The position numbers and the translations under genes were made by a program. Source: Camelus dromedarius (Eukaryota). Taken from it: a DNA stretch of 64,000 bases. Every line of letters begins with the position of its first letter. The stretch's first letter is position 1. Shown here one piece after another: positions 38,390-51,784 of the stretch. The DNA lies in NCBI RefSeq assembly GCF_036321535.1, contig NC_087437.1, forward strand, positions 36,644,001-36,708,000, read 5' to 3'. The notes beneath the pieces were generated by a model. The model searched no databases. It was not told the origin of the DNA and was given only the letters and a program-made list of their open reading frames with translations.

Positions 38390-39920
38390 TGCCATTTTCT
38401 TCTGTATTAGGATCCATCATTTCTATTGAGAAAACGTACTGTTGCTTTCAATTTTATTATTGTTACACTGAAAATAATGTGCTGTATTTCTTCACGTGTT
38501 TTATATTTTGTGTTTTAGCTTAACATACCGTAATAACTGACTTTTTTATTTTTTGGTATGCAGTACTATATATTTTAGCACATGTAACCAACACCACTGT
38601 CAGTATACAAAACAGTTCCATCTCTCCCCCCAAAATCCCTGGTGCTCTCCCTTTTTCTTTATCTTTTTTTCCAACAATATTTCTATGCTTTGTTTAACTG
38701 TTCCTTCTTTTCCTACTACTTGAGTCTCATTAAACTTCATGAGCGTAATGCCTTTCATCATGCTTGAAAAATTCTCGTCTGCTATCTGTCCTAATAGTGC
38801 TTCTGCTTTATTTTCTATCTCCTCACATATATATTTGAACACTATTATTTTCTGTGAGTCTCTCATGCTTTATTCTATATTTTTCCTGTCTTTCTCTCAC
38901 TGTGCTTCAGTCTGAATTTTTCAGTGTCACATTTTACAGATCACTAATTCTCTGTTTAGTTTTGGTTTGTTGATTATGTTGCTAATATCATTTACTGAAT
39001 TGCCAGTTTTCAGTGTTTTTCAGTTTTAGCATGTCTGTTTTAATCTTCCCATATGTTTTATTTTCTGGCAATATTCTATATTATCTAATTTCTTAATATT
39101 TTATTCATAGTGGTTTTATAACTTCTGTATTAAAACTCCAATATCTAGCTCACTTAAGGCTTGATTTCTATTAAGTGTAATTTTTTTGGTTCTCAAATAA
39201 TGGCTTAATTTTTCTTGCATATCTGGTAAAATTGATTACTTACATTATTAGGAAGAATTGGAGAGGCTCTGGATTATGCTAAGATTTCCACTAAGATTAT
39301 TTTAAAATTCTAGTCATAAGATAAAGTAAGGGCAGATTACCTTATTCTGGTAAAGACATGCCCTTCCTTGATTATATCTCTTTAAAGAGTGCTAACTAAA
39401 TATATATCTAACAGAGTTCTTGTTCAACCGTAAAATCCAGGTGTGTGTTTGTTTCATAACAGTACCATTAAAGTGTGAATTTTATTTATATCTCATTCTT
39501 GCTTGGTTACTATGCCCAGCACCAAGCACCAAGTCAGTTTAGGCAGCAAAAACTTCTTTGGAGGATAACACTGGACAGAATATCCATGATCTTCTCTATG
39601 ATTGCCTTTTCTCTAAAATCTTGACCCCTCAAGTACTGGCTACTGTGTATTTTTGTCTCCCAGTCATACGAGACTGGCGTTTGTTTAATCTTCTCTACTG
39701 TATTTTTTTAAAATGTGCTTGAGGAAACATAGAAATAACTTCAGTGGACTTCATTTCTCGTTGCCTCTCAAGTCCTGGATACCTTGGTTGTTCACAATGC
39801 CTTTAAACATCTGTAGGCGTTTGTTTTGTTTTGATATTTTAATCTAGATTTTACATTTGCTCTTGGTAGGAAGGTTAGATTTATTCCAACTTCTCCATCA
39901 CAGCCAGAAACAGAAGTTTT
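38390..39920 (-). mobile_element. Very old L1 (L1ME-like ORF1/5' region) with a short L1 3' end nested at about 38541-38660
   Basis: Antisense ORF1-like motifs (TTGAAAATTCTCGTCTGCTATCTG, TCACTAATTCTCT). Confidence 0.6.
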
Positions 39921-40019
39921 TTCCTTCCCTATATTTAAAGCCTCTCTTCTAATATAATACAGTGTAACTCTACATGTTTCAACATAATATTATTTCAATA
40001 GAAGTTCAGCCATAGAAGA

Positions 40020-40125
40020 CCATAAATACAGGTCTTCCACTAGTGGCTTTGTTCCTTGAGTAAATGGACCCTTTCTTTGTGCCTAACAAAGTAGATTCTG
40101 AATAAATATTTATTAGATGAATAAA
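40020..40125 (+). mobile_element. L2 3' end
   Basis: GTGCCTAACAAAGTAG...AATAAATATTTATTAGATGAATAAA tail. Confidence 0.6.
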
Positions 40126-42319
40126 CAGAGGAATATGCTTAAACATCACTTTTTTCTGGATTACTATTAATGCATCAATCATTTCTTTATATATTCTGTT
40201 TCATACTACTTTTGTTCAATAGTCAATGCCTTCTAGTTACTCAGTATCCTCATCTACACTTAACCTGAATTCTTTTTTCTCCAGGAATCAAGTCCACATA
40301 GGAATGTGTTTTCTGAATGAATATATAAATATATATTTGTATTTCTTATCTATATATTTATTAATGGTGGAGCGACAACAAAATGGCAGCTGTTGAGGGC
40401 AATGCAGGAGTCCTTCAAATGTGCCAGAAAAATATTGTTCCATAGTTTTTGTAGGATTTTTTACATTTTTAGAAATTGAGCCTGATTCCTGCATTTAACT
40501 TTATCATCTGAACTCAATTCCTGGTCTTCCCACTCAATATGTTTGAGGCTGACCTATCAGACTTGCTAGCCTATTTGCTCCTCACCTAGTTCTTTCAGGT
40601 AGAATAGCAACTCTGAATATAATTCCTGAGATTATGGTGACTGCTAAAACCTGGCACCAGCTGCTAGTCAAAAACCCAAATAAATTTCACCTCTGCCTCT
40701 GATAGTAGGATTAGGATAATGAACATCAAGCATAATCTGACTCTCTGTGGCTACTTTATTCCAGTAGCTGATTGGGATTTGGTGAGAACAGGTGATAACA
40801 TCCAAGAGTCCAGAGCTATTTTAGATAATTTTATCTTCAAGATATTTGGAGCAGGATTGCCTCATATAAGTTTTTAATAATTTTAGTTATGGTGATTCAC
40901 AGAAGATTCCAATTAAATATTCCTTGGCCATGTGTGATTAAACACTTCTCAATATATGTCTAAATTAACACATTGAAGTTTAGAGAAAAATTCTGATACT
41001 ATAATTAACATTTGTATAACCATGTTTTGCCCTAAAACGCTAGTTGGTTCATTTATATATTTCTGTGCAGTTACCAATGATCGTCATACAAGGACTGAAT
41101 ACAAAAATGAGAAACTGTATTTAGTCTTATAATTCTTATTATTTTTACTTTTCACCTATTACAATGAAAAAGTTGTTGATAAATATAAAATGATTTATAT
41201 TCACTTTGTTATATCCTCCAGTATAAACTATATTACTATGAGTAAAAACATATTTCTATGAGTTACCATGAGATATGAATTTGTAACTTAATTTCACCAA
41301 ATTCCTGGAAAGGATTCAGTGTAGAGAAACTAAATGTCCCTCTGCATTCTTCTCATATAACTATAAGGAAAAGCATAAAGTGTTGCAAGCAACTTGGAAG
41401 ATTTAGTATTAAGCTACAAAAATAATCATCAGAATTCAGTTTGTAGGGCATGAAATACTTCCCAATGTTTTGTAATATTAAAAAATCAGAAAATTATTTT
41501 ACTCATTTTATAATATAATCCCAAATATTCTAATTGCCAAAGAAAATAATCTTTTATTTTGCAGTAAGAAACTAATGATTTTATACAGACATGTTTACTC
41601 TTCAGATCATTAGTCTGAAAATGCTTTTTAGCAGGTCAAGCAAGCTAGTACGAATATACCATTAGCTCTTAAGCACCATGGCAATTGCAAAACTAGTAAA
41701 GTGTAACATTTTTTCCTTTTCATAGAATTTATGATAGAATATTTGCTAAAGGATCCCACTATTAATTGCTGTAACATTCAAAAGTTGTTCAAATGTTAAC
41801 AACATTTGCAATTGGAAGATGTATCATTTAGAGTAAAAATATTAACTTGAAATTCATTTTTAAATACAACATTGGTCCTTGGTTTCTCAGTGATTCCTCC
41901 AATTGTGACAGAGATTACTACTTTCCGCCATACTAAATCACATGTGGGTTTTTCATATTTAGAATTGAGTTCTTCCAGGTTATGTTATCGTGGGCCTTCG
42001 TACCCACAATGCTACAATTAGCCTAGGGCAAAACCCATAGTATTAACCATGTATTTTGCCTAAAACTGCATTTCCTTTTGATGATTCAGGCCCTGAAGGA
42101 ATGGCCCTTCACCTATGGTGCATTTTATTTCAATGGCTGCTTGGCTTTTCCAAGGTTGATGTACATAGCAGTACATCAATACTTTTTCAAATTATTTGAA
42201 CAGCAAAGATGAATACACCTATTCTCTTTCATTTCAGATAACACTGCAAAGCATGGGATTTGGTCAAGCAGGGAACAAAGTTAGTAGCAGCAGCAATCTC
42301 TCAGACCTTGTTCTCTAGA

Positions 42320-42780
42320 TCTATTCATAATTTCCCCTAATAGGAAATAACCCAAACCTCCCTCATTGGGTGAATGGATAAATAAACTCTGGTACATCCT
42401 AACAAAAGAATACTACTCTCTATATATTTTTAAAGGAATAAACTATTGACACACCCAACAATTTGGACAATCTCAAAGGAATTACACTGAATATAAGAAG
42501 CCAGTATCAAAAGCTACATACTTTATGATTCTCTTTTATGACATTCTCAAAATGACCAAATAATAATGATAGACCTCAGAACAGTGGTTGCCAGTAGGTG
42601 GAGTTGAAGGGAGTGTGTAGACTATACAGGAATAGCATGATGGAGTTATTCGTTGTGATGGAATTGCTCTGCATCCTGATTGTAGTGGTTCTAACATGAA
42701 TGGATGAATGTGTTAAAATTTGTTATAGAAAAACTCTCTGAAAAAGTAAATTTTACTTTTTGATAATGTAAAACATTTTA
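42320..42780 (+). mobile_element. L1MC/MD 3' UTR
   Basis: GGTGAATGGATAAATAAACTCTGGTACATCC, ATGACATTCTCAAAATGAC and GCATCCTGATTGTAGTGGT motifs. Confidence 0.85.
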
Positions 42781-43554
42781 AGGAATTATAAGCAGTAACA
42801 GGCAAGAGGGAAAGAAAGAAATAAAATATCCCAGAGAGTCTAAAATAAAGATACGAGTCATTCAAAATAAATTTTAAGCTCTGATAGAAACAGGAGATAT
42901 GTCAGATCTGTCTTTAAACTGTGGATCGTAAAAGCTGAATCTTTGTTAATGTATCCTGATTAGAAAATGAAAGAAACTATTTGAATTCCTCTTAAAACAT
43001 TTGAATAAGTACTAAAAAATTGACTAATTTTACAAGGGGAAATATTTTTTACATAGACTTTCATAGATTGTTAGAATAAACATAGACCCACTAAGATTGA
43101 AAAGAAGTAACTTTTAGTTTTAGTAAACTATTTTAGTTTTAGTAAACTATTCAATATCTGTGAAGGTTTCAATTTTATATTCATACTCACATTTTATCCT
43201 TATGCTACCTTTTGATTTATGTTTATCAATATCTATGTTACAGACAAGTGAATATAAAGCTATTTTATTTTCAATTCCCCAGACTACCCTTTTTGAACAG
43301 TTGATTTAGAACTAATAAAAACAGAATAAGTAAATCTTTTGTGTCTGGCTAGCTGTGTTCATTCCATTTGGCTATAATTTATGTTACTAATAATCCAGAT
43401 GCTTTTTTTGTAGTAGATGTAAATTAGTTTCAGATAATCTCTCAAGAAATCTTATCTTAAAAGTCGAAGAAAACAACAATGCAGAAGAATTTACTTTCTC
43501 TAAGTAAATAGTGATATCTCTGTATGCATCAGAATTCAATTCCTTGAGAAATTA

Positions 43555-43800
43555 AATGATGATGGTAATATTAATAATAATATTTATAGCTAAGATCTGT
43601 TCCAGGTACTATTATGTGTTTGATTTGGGGTTTTGTTTGTTTGTTGGTTTTTGGTTTGTTTTGGTTTTTGACAGTAAATATTTGTGTAACAACTCTAGGG
43701 GTATTATTAATAAAAGAGAAATGTGGGCTGTAGAAGGTAAAGTAAATCACCCAGGGTTCCATACCTACTAATGTGGAACAAAAATATTCATCCAGTTTCT
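43555..43800 (-). mobile_element. Degraded MIR with an internal (GTTTT)n tract
   Basis: ATAATATTTATAG...CCAGGTACT, AACAACTCTAGG and GTAAATCACCCAGGGTTC motifs. Confidence 0.5.
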
Positions 43801-46800
43801 TTTATTCATACCAGAATAACTTCTAAGTTCTGGTTTGCTGACTTTGGTAGTTAAGTATCTAGCACTTCAACCTACCTAAATTTGAAGATAAAGTAATACA
43901 CCTGCTTTCAATGTTAAACCTACTGACCTTATTTATATTGTTCATTTTTTTGTAAAGGTGTCTTTCCCTTTTTAAATTTTTTCTTCATTTTTATATATAT
44001 ATTTTTTATAATATTTAGAATGTTCTAGGTTCTCTACTTACTATGCTAATTATTTTGGTTTTTTATATTGAGTTACTTTTAAAATAATTTAATATATCAT
44101 TATAACTTCTTTATTTTAAACCAATTTGGAGGGGGTGGGTTCGGTTAGGTTCTTATTGATACATGCCTACAGTAGATCTGAGTTTGCTTTTACAGGGAAG
44201 CTTTCAAGACCAAATCTATTACATGTGTATTGCTATGGCTGGGGTTCTTATATAACCATGTAGCATAAATTTAGAACCTCTCATGCATTTTCATAATGTA
44301 AGTTTGTGTTTGAAGGGTTTTTTTGGTGATTTTTTTCACTACCTAAGACTGGATGAATGAAAAAGTATACTTCTGCCTTGTTGGGCCAGAAAGAGGTTTA
44401 TCTAGATCTGGCTTCACAGAGAATACAGCTTTCTTATGCTTCTAGCTTTTTGCAAGGGGCTTAGTTCTCAATACATGCCAATAGATTTTTAGAAAATACT
44501 TTGATGGGAATTAACAACACAAACCCTAGACCCTAGAACAATAGCTTTGAAATAGTAAGACATTTTCATATATATTGTAATCTACTTCGAATATACACCA
44601 TAATATATACAGACACAAAACCACATTTCCAAAAATAAAACTTAACTTTATTATGAAATTTATTTCGATTAATGTTACTCACAGCTCATCAAGTGTGATT
44701 TCCAAAAAGTAGACAAAAACTCATTCAAATAAAAAATAAGTATGCTTTGATAATTTTATTTACCCTATTTATAAGAGAGCTAGCAAGACATTAAAGCAGG
44801 TTCAAATGAGAATTTTACAAACTATGAATATGAAATTTTATAAAAAAATGTTAGGATAAAATCTCGGGGTAAGATACAAACTGGTTAATGACCTACGTGG
44901 TTAATAAACTGTAACTCATAGTGTTATTATATCTAATGGAATCAATTATTCCCATCTTTCCCAAATAAAAAAATCTACAAGTTACTTTCTGCACATATGC
45001 CATTAGAATATAGCCTAGTCAGGAAAACCTCAACAAAGGTTTAACGCAGGCAATCCACTAAGAATAATGTAAGTAATATTTTCACCTAATTTTAATATTC
45101 AGAGTTTTTTTTCCCGACAGGGCCCACTAGACTGATTTTAGTAATCCCTAATAGGTCACCATCCTCAAATTAAAAATAATGCCTGAAATCTAAATTATAG
45201 CTGATAACCCTGGCCTGCCATGACATTGCTCTTAACTCACCTCACAATTTTTGCCTTTTCTCTTCAATTCTACAAGTTAAGAGTTTTGCTTTTCTTTTAC
45301 TCTTTGACTCTGACAGACTTTTTAAAAAATTTTACCTAAAGTTTTTATATATTTTTACTATACCTGGAGGAGGGTCATTCTGCATCCTCCCAGTCTGTCA
45401 TGTTGCAGGATGTCCTCGCTATCAGTTTCCCACATTTCAGGCTAATTGCTTCAGATCCCACAGCACAATTTAAACACAGAGTGTGAGGATCACTAAGCAC
45501 AATGGAATTTGATTCTCCTACAAAAAGAATTCTTGTTCCTGAAAATATATATTTTTTGCTATTTAAAAATTTCAATCCTTTCCTCTTTCCAGTTTTTTAA
45601 AAGGAGAAAAATATAGTCATGTTTTATATTTACTCAAACTACAAAAAATGTTAGTCAGTAAAGGAGACCTTATAGTAGATTCTTCCTTCATTTTTCTGAA
45701 TACTTTTTTTTTAATTTAAAAGTAATATTTAGAGAAGATATCTTCCTTCTGATTAAACAAAATATAATTATAAAGAAGTATTATAAATGGAAAAATTCAG
45801 TGAACTTATTTGAAGTTAAATACATATTTAGTTCTCATGTTCTCTCCAAGTTTACTTGAAAGATTTTAACCAAAATGGCCTCATTATTCTCGTGAAATCA
45901 CTATTTTACACCTTGAGTAAATATGCAAAACCCAGCTTTCAAAAAAACTTTGAAAAACTTAGTCTTACTTAAACATACTTAACAACTGTAGTTACTTATG
46001 TTGACATCACATGGTAATCACTGATAAAACTCTTATCAACTTTTTACTAAGTAAACAAGGCAGTATATTGTAAAGATGAGCAGCAGGATGACTTTTTGAT
46101 AAGAAAAGTGTTTAATATATGCTGATTTCTGCCTTATCACATAAAGGAAATCAGTAGCTCTAGAAATCAAATCATTTAATAATGTTGTTTTGCAGAAAAT
46201 TACAAATTCTTTAGTATAAACATCTGTCTTCTAATACCCAAGGCAAAAATTAGTGTGCTTTCTGAAAATAAGCTTTTCGTATGTAAGGATTGCTGCGTTT
46301 ATTAAAGAAAAATAGAAGACCACAATATTTCTATGTCCAATTCTCTATTTTCAAATAGATATCTAATCTTACTAGGCAAGACAACAATTCCCTTTTTATT
46401 CTGTTATCATTTATAGAGTATTGTATTGAAAGCCTACACTACATTTTTTTGTTGTTTCTTCACTCTTTTCTCACTGTCAGGTTGTGAATAAGGCTTAATA
46501 AAGTCATCAAAAGTCATAAAAGATCATGAACATAGTGAAGAAATTTGCTATGAGCATTTGGATTCATATGTAAGTTGAACCTTTAAATTGCCTTTCCCAT
46601 TAATTACTTACAAAAATCAATACTTCTCCCTCCAAAAATGAAGAGACAAAAACCCTTCCTCATTTTTCAGGATTTTGATAAAACTCATTTCCAGCAGTGG
46701 AAAGAACATCTCACTGAAGAAATTCTTCATACAGTTGTTCCTTAAGCTGTCAAATATTTTACCTAGTTAGTTCAACTCTGTCTTGAAAATAAGTGTCATC

Positions 46801-48009
46801 TGTTGACATATCTTGTCATTTTGCTGTCACCTATTTGTCTTTCTTTCAGCATATCCTAAATTGTATATTACTTATACTGGGAGTCCATTTCTACAATAGA
46901 ATAAATAATATAGTCACTCTAATTGCATCAACATTTACAAATTTATAAATTTATTTTTAGTCTCTGTAAAATTAGAAAGGTGTGAATTATTTGAAATAAT
47001 GAGAAATAGTTATATTTCAAGATATGCCTTATAAATGTATTAAGATCCATCACTGCATTTCTTGACAACTACAACATAGGGAAACATTTTTTTCTCATAA
47101 CAAGACAATCTATATTACTTATTAATTCTTAACTAAAATACCATGAAAGTGAAAATTTTTACATATGAAGGATTTATTTATGCTTTGAATACTTTCCAGC
47201 TTTAGAGATTATTACTATTTTATAAGAACAGAAATAAACAAGCTAAATTACATTTGTTTTAGCCATTTAAAGTGGCTGGGGAAAACAATATGTTAATTGA
47301 CCATTAGCAGTAAATATTATTTATTAATTCCTAGATTTATAGCTTCATAAAATAGTCCTTTTACTTAGCACTGCAACATACACTTTTAATCTAATGACTA
47401 AAAAGCATTTCTGTATTACAAATTAAAAATTATTCTGTTATAAATGTTGTAAAATAATATGCACATAAGAAAATCTGCCCGAACCCATCTCTCTATCTGC
47501 TTTATTGAGGAAAGCCTTAATCTTCAAAGGCAAAAGCAAAAACAAACACAAAACTGAAGCCTGGGTGTAGAGTAAAAATCCATTGCATCTGAGAAAGGTG
47601 GAAGGATATATGCTGGGCACAGTGTTCCAGTGGAGGAGGGACAGACAGTAACACTTGTTAAAGGCACACACTTGATACCCGGATTCTCAATACCTACGAA
47701 GACTGAAGCCTAATTGGGCCATAAAAGAAAATTCCATCCCTGCCCCACCCAAACACAAATCTAATAAGATTTTAATAAAAGTAACAGTGGAATATGGCTA
47801 GTAAGGCTGCAAGAGACAGATTTTTTTTCTGAGGAGTGATAGAGATGTAAGACTCTAACACAAATATGAAGACAAAAACAGTATTTTTACTAGAGGTATC
47901 TGAAATAACAATGTAGTGTATTTTTATAGCAATGTATAGGGAAATTAAGACAAGTGTATTTAAGTTAAAAGTAAAAGAATGGAGAAAAATACCATGTGCC
48001 CCTATATCT

Positions 48010-49845
48010 ATCAAAGAAATTCAACGAATAATTAATAACCTTCCCAAACAGAAAGCATTGACCCAAGATGTTTCCACTAGTGAATTCTACCATTTAAAAT
48101 AAAAGTAACACCAATTCTCCATAATCTCTTCCGGAAAATAGAAGCTGAAGGAACACATCCTAACTTATTCCATGAGATCAATACCAAAACCAAATAAAGT
48201 CATTCCAAGACAAGAGAACTAAAGACCAGTATCTGTCATGAACATAGTTGCAAACCAAATCTAACAATGTTTAGAAGGTGTCGTACACCACACTAAGTGG
48301 CATTTATTATAGTCACGCAAGGCTAGTTCAACATTTGAAAATCAATCAGCATAATCCACTACATCAGCAGTCTAAAAAAAGAAAAATGATATGATAATAT
48401 AAAGTGATGCAGAAAAAGCATTGGCAAAATCCAAAACCTATGCATAATATAAACCCTCAGAAAATCATAACTGGTCACTTCCTTAACTTAAAAAAGAATA
48501 TCTACAAAAGCCCACAGCTAACATCATGCTTAATGATGGAGGATTGAATGTGTTTTCCTCTTAAGATCAAGAAAAAGGGTAGGATGTCTTATCTTACCAA
48601 AATGATTCAACATCTACTGGAAATTCTAAATGAGACAAGAAAAAGAGCTAAAATATGTACATACTGGAAAGGAAGAAACAAAACTCTATTCCCAGATGGC
48701 ATGATTGCTTAATTAGAAAACCTCAAATAATTTCCAAATATCTCTTGGAACTAATTGTGAGTATCAGAAGAAGGCAGGGTATAAAGTCAATATACAAAAA
48801 TCTAATGCTTTCTTATATACCAACATGAACAATGCCATTTTAAAAATGATAATATTTACACAGCAACAACAAAAGTTAAATACTTAGGTTTAACCTAACA
48901 AATTATATATGTTCTTTGTGTATGGAAAGCTATAAGACACTGATGAAAGAAATAAATGAAGAAAGATCTAAATGAAAAAAGAGATACCCATACTTATGGT
49001 TTGGAAGATTCTTTTTTTAAGATGTCAATTGCTCCCAATTTGATCTACAAATTCAAAGCAATTCTAATCAAAATCCCAACCAGCTTGTTACAGATATTGA
49101 CAGACTGTTCTTATATAAATATGAAAAGATGAAAGAACTGTAATAACCAGAATAATTTGAAGAAGAAGAAGAAGGAGAAGAAAAGAGGAGGAGGAGGAAA
49201 AGGAGGAGAAGGAGGAGGAGGAAAAGGAGGAAAAGGAAGAGGAGGGAAGAAGGAAGAAGAAGGAACTGAGTTGTAGAATTCACACTACTTGAATAATAGA
49301 ATTAGTATAAATCTACAGTAATTCAGTGAATGTATCAGCAAAAAATGAACACATAGGTTAATAAAACAGAATGGAGAATTCCAAAGTAGATGCATACAAA
49401 CATAGTCTGATTTTAGACCAGAGTGCAATGTCAATTCAACAGAGAAAGGTCAGTGTTTTCAATAAAATGCCCTGGAACATTTGGAAGCCCATATGTTAAA
49501 AAAAACAAACAAACAAACAAAAAAACAAAACATAAAGCTCTATACAGGCTCACATTTTATACAAATTTAACTCAAATTTTTCATAGATTTGCATCTAAAA
49601 TTTAAAACTATGACACGGCTAGAAGAAAACAAAAGTGAAAATCTGTATGACCTTCAGTTTGGTCATTAATTTTTAGATTCAACATCAAAAGCATGAATAA
49701 TGAAAGAAAAAAATTAAGTTATACTTTATAAGAAAACAAGCCAATTATATATTACAAAAACAATCTAAGAGTGTAGTAGTAATGGGTACTCATCAAAGAA
49801 GGTACATAGATTAAAAATAAGTGTATGAAAGGATTTTCAACATTT
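48010..49845 (+). mobile_element. L1MC-type ORF2 fragment
   Basis: CACTAGTGAATTCTACCA, CAAGGCTAGTTCAACATTTGAAAATCAATC and GATGCAGAAAAAGCATT RT-region motifs. Confidence 0.88.
49159..49265. repeat. GAA/GGA purine-only low-complexity tract
   Basis: About 105 nt of A/G only. Confidence 0.95.
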
Positions 49846-49988
49846 GCCTTAGCTCAGGCTGCCATAACAAAATATGATAGATTGGCTGGTCTTAAATAAA
49901 TTTACTTTTCACAGTTCTGGAGACTGAGAAGGTGCTTGCAGATATGGTTCCTGGTGAGAACTCTCTTTCTGGCTTTAAGATAGCAGCA
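49845..49988 (-). mobile_element. Truncated MLT1A-type LTR (3' part)
   Basis: CAGGCTGCCATAACAAAAT, TCACAGTTCTGGAG and GGTGAGAACTCTCTT motifs. Confidence 0.8.
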
Positions 49989-50009
49989 TGAATTCATGTT
50001 TAGCTTAAT

Positions 50010-50109
50010 ACAGATATATAGATAGATATGTGATAGATGATAGGTAATCAAGCAGATGGATAGATAGATAAATACATGGATGGATAGATAAATACATGGC
50101 TGGATAGAT

Positions 50110-50161
<52 letters not shown>
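50010..50161. repeat. (GATA)n tetranucleotide STR with a perfect (GATA)13 at 50110-50161
   Basis: Directly visible. Confidence 0.97.
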
Positions 50162-50572
50162 TGGGTTTGTTAGTCTACATACAAATATTTCTTGCTCTGC
50201 CATCTGAGAGGTTATCTCTCATCATCTGCCATAAAAACAAGGACACCTCAGTAGCAACATGCATACCCAGCATCCTGATCTTGTTTTCTAAATATAATTC
50301 TCTGATAAAAGGAACCAGACCTCATTGGTGAAATGACATATTCTAATGCTGATCAGGGAATATTCAAGGTGGGCCTGAAACCTCTGTAGTGTCAGAAAGT
50401 GAAGGAGTACTAAAAAATAAAAAAATAAACGGATGCTGGTAGGTCAAAATAATATAGCATCCAGCCTGAAAGAGCTTTCAATGACCAAGTCTGGTACAAA
50501 TATAGCAATAAAATACATGATGATAATATTGGATTTAACCCAAAGAATTTAAAAAAAAAAAAGGGTTCATTC

Positions 50573-51168
50573 TGTTATAGGCAGAATGTAAGATGCTGCC
50601 GAAGATTTTCAATTCTCTTAGTGTACATGCCCTGAATAATTTCCAGAACATCGACTATAATGGATATCCCTCCCACAATTAGGCTATGTTATATGGTAAC
50701 ATTTATCTCCAGAGAGAGATTATCCAAAAAATCCTGACATAATCACATGAGCCCTTTAGGGAGCATTCTCAGTCACTAATCACTGAAGAGAAAGTCTGAG
50801 AGACCTGCCCCATCTGGCCTAAAAGAAAGCAAACATCCATGCTGTGAATTGCCTATAGATGATCATTTCGGTAGAGCTGAAGGTGGCACTAGATAAGAAC
50901 CGCCTCCATCTGACAGCCAGCAGAGAAAGAGGGACCTCCATATTATAACCACAGAAATGAGTTTGGAAATGGACTTTCACTCTGAAGTTTCCAGAGGTGA
51001 ATTTAGCCTGGTTGACACCTTGATTTCACCCTTAAGGAGTCCCTGACCAGAGAACCTAGTCACATCTTTCCACAGTTCTGAATACTGAACTGTGAGCTAA
51101 TAAATATGTGTTGTTTTAAACTGCTAAATTTGTAGCCATTTGCTGTGCAGTAATCTAAAACTATTACA
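50573..51168 (+). mobile_element. MLT1E-type MaLR solo LTR
   Basis: TGTTATAGGCAGAAT start, ATAATCACATGAGCCCTTTA, GACACCTTGATTTC and GAACTGTGAGCTAATAAAT...AAAACTATTACA end. Confidence 0.88.
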
Positions 51169-51784
51169 GCTTTATATAAATGAGTGAATGAATAATAAAC
51201 AAACAAACAAACAAAGGAGAAGAAACACATCTTCCTAACTGAATTCCAGATAGTAAATATAGAAATGTGGGAAATAGAAAATCACCATTAACACCACAAT
51301 AATAATTACATACACAACATCCACAGTTGAATGATAAAATTAGCATGCTAAACTTTAAGGAAAAAACAAATATTTGATAGATTCAAAGTATCTTCAAATT
51401 ATTTATGAATTGCTATGATGTCTGTAACATATGTCTATAGACTTTTGATACTCTTCCTTCCTAGATTTGGAGTTTAATTTCCTTCCCTTTGAATGTAGGT
51501 TTGTTTTAGCAACTATGTTACAACAACAGAGTATGGAAAGAAAAAGAATAAAAGTAATTTTACTGCAGAGAAACTTGGCAGACATCTTCTTATCCAAGTA
51601 ATCAAGATCAATATGAATCCTAAGCCATATTGGTACCACATTTACCCTGATTTGATGATGAGAAGAGTATCTCATCTCTGATAATTTTCCCCCAAACCCT
51701 TAACTCCAGAATAATTATCAGAAAAATACCTTAACAAACTTAAATTGAGGTACAGTCTAAAAAAAAAAAACAAAAACAGACGTG

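Larger units (their letters stand above)
49989..51770 (+). mobile_element. L1MC3-like 3' UTR, interrupted by (GATA)n and an MLT1E LTR
   Basis: CAGTAGCAACATGCATACCCAGCATCCTGATCTTG, AAAAGGAACCAG and AATTTTACTGCAGAGAAACTTGGCAGAC motifs. Confidence 0.85.

Noticed and set aside
40370..40430. YY1-like AAAATGGC motif in a GC-richer patch
   Set aside because: A single short motif expected by chance, with no supporting promoter features.
49068..49283. Hydrophobic signal-peptide or TM-like ORF
   Set aside because: It is the antisense translation of a GAA/GGA low-complexity tract.
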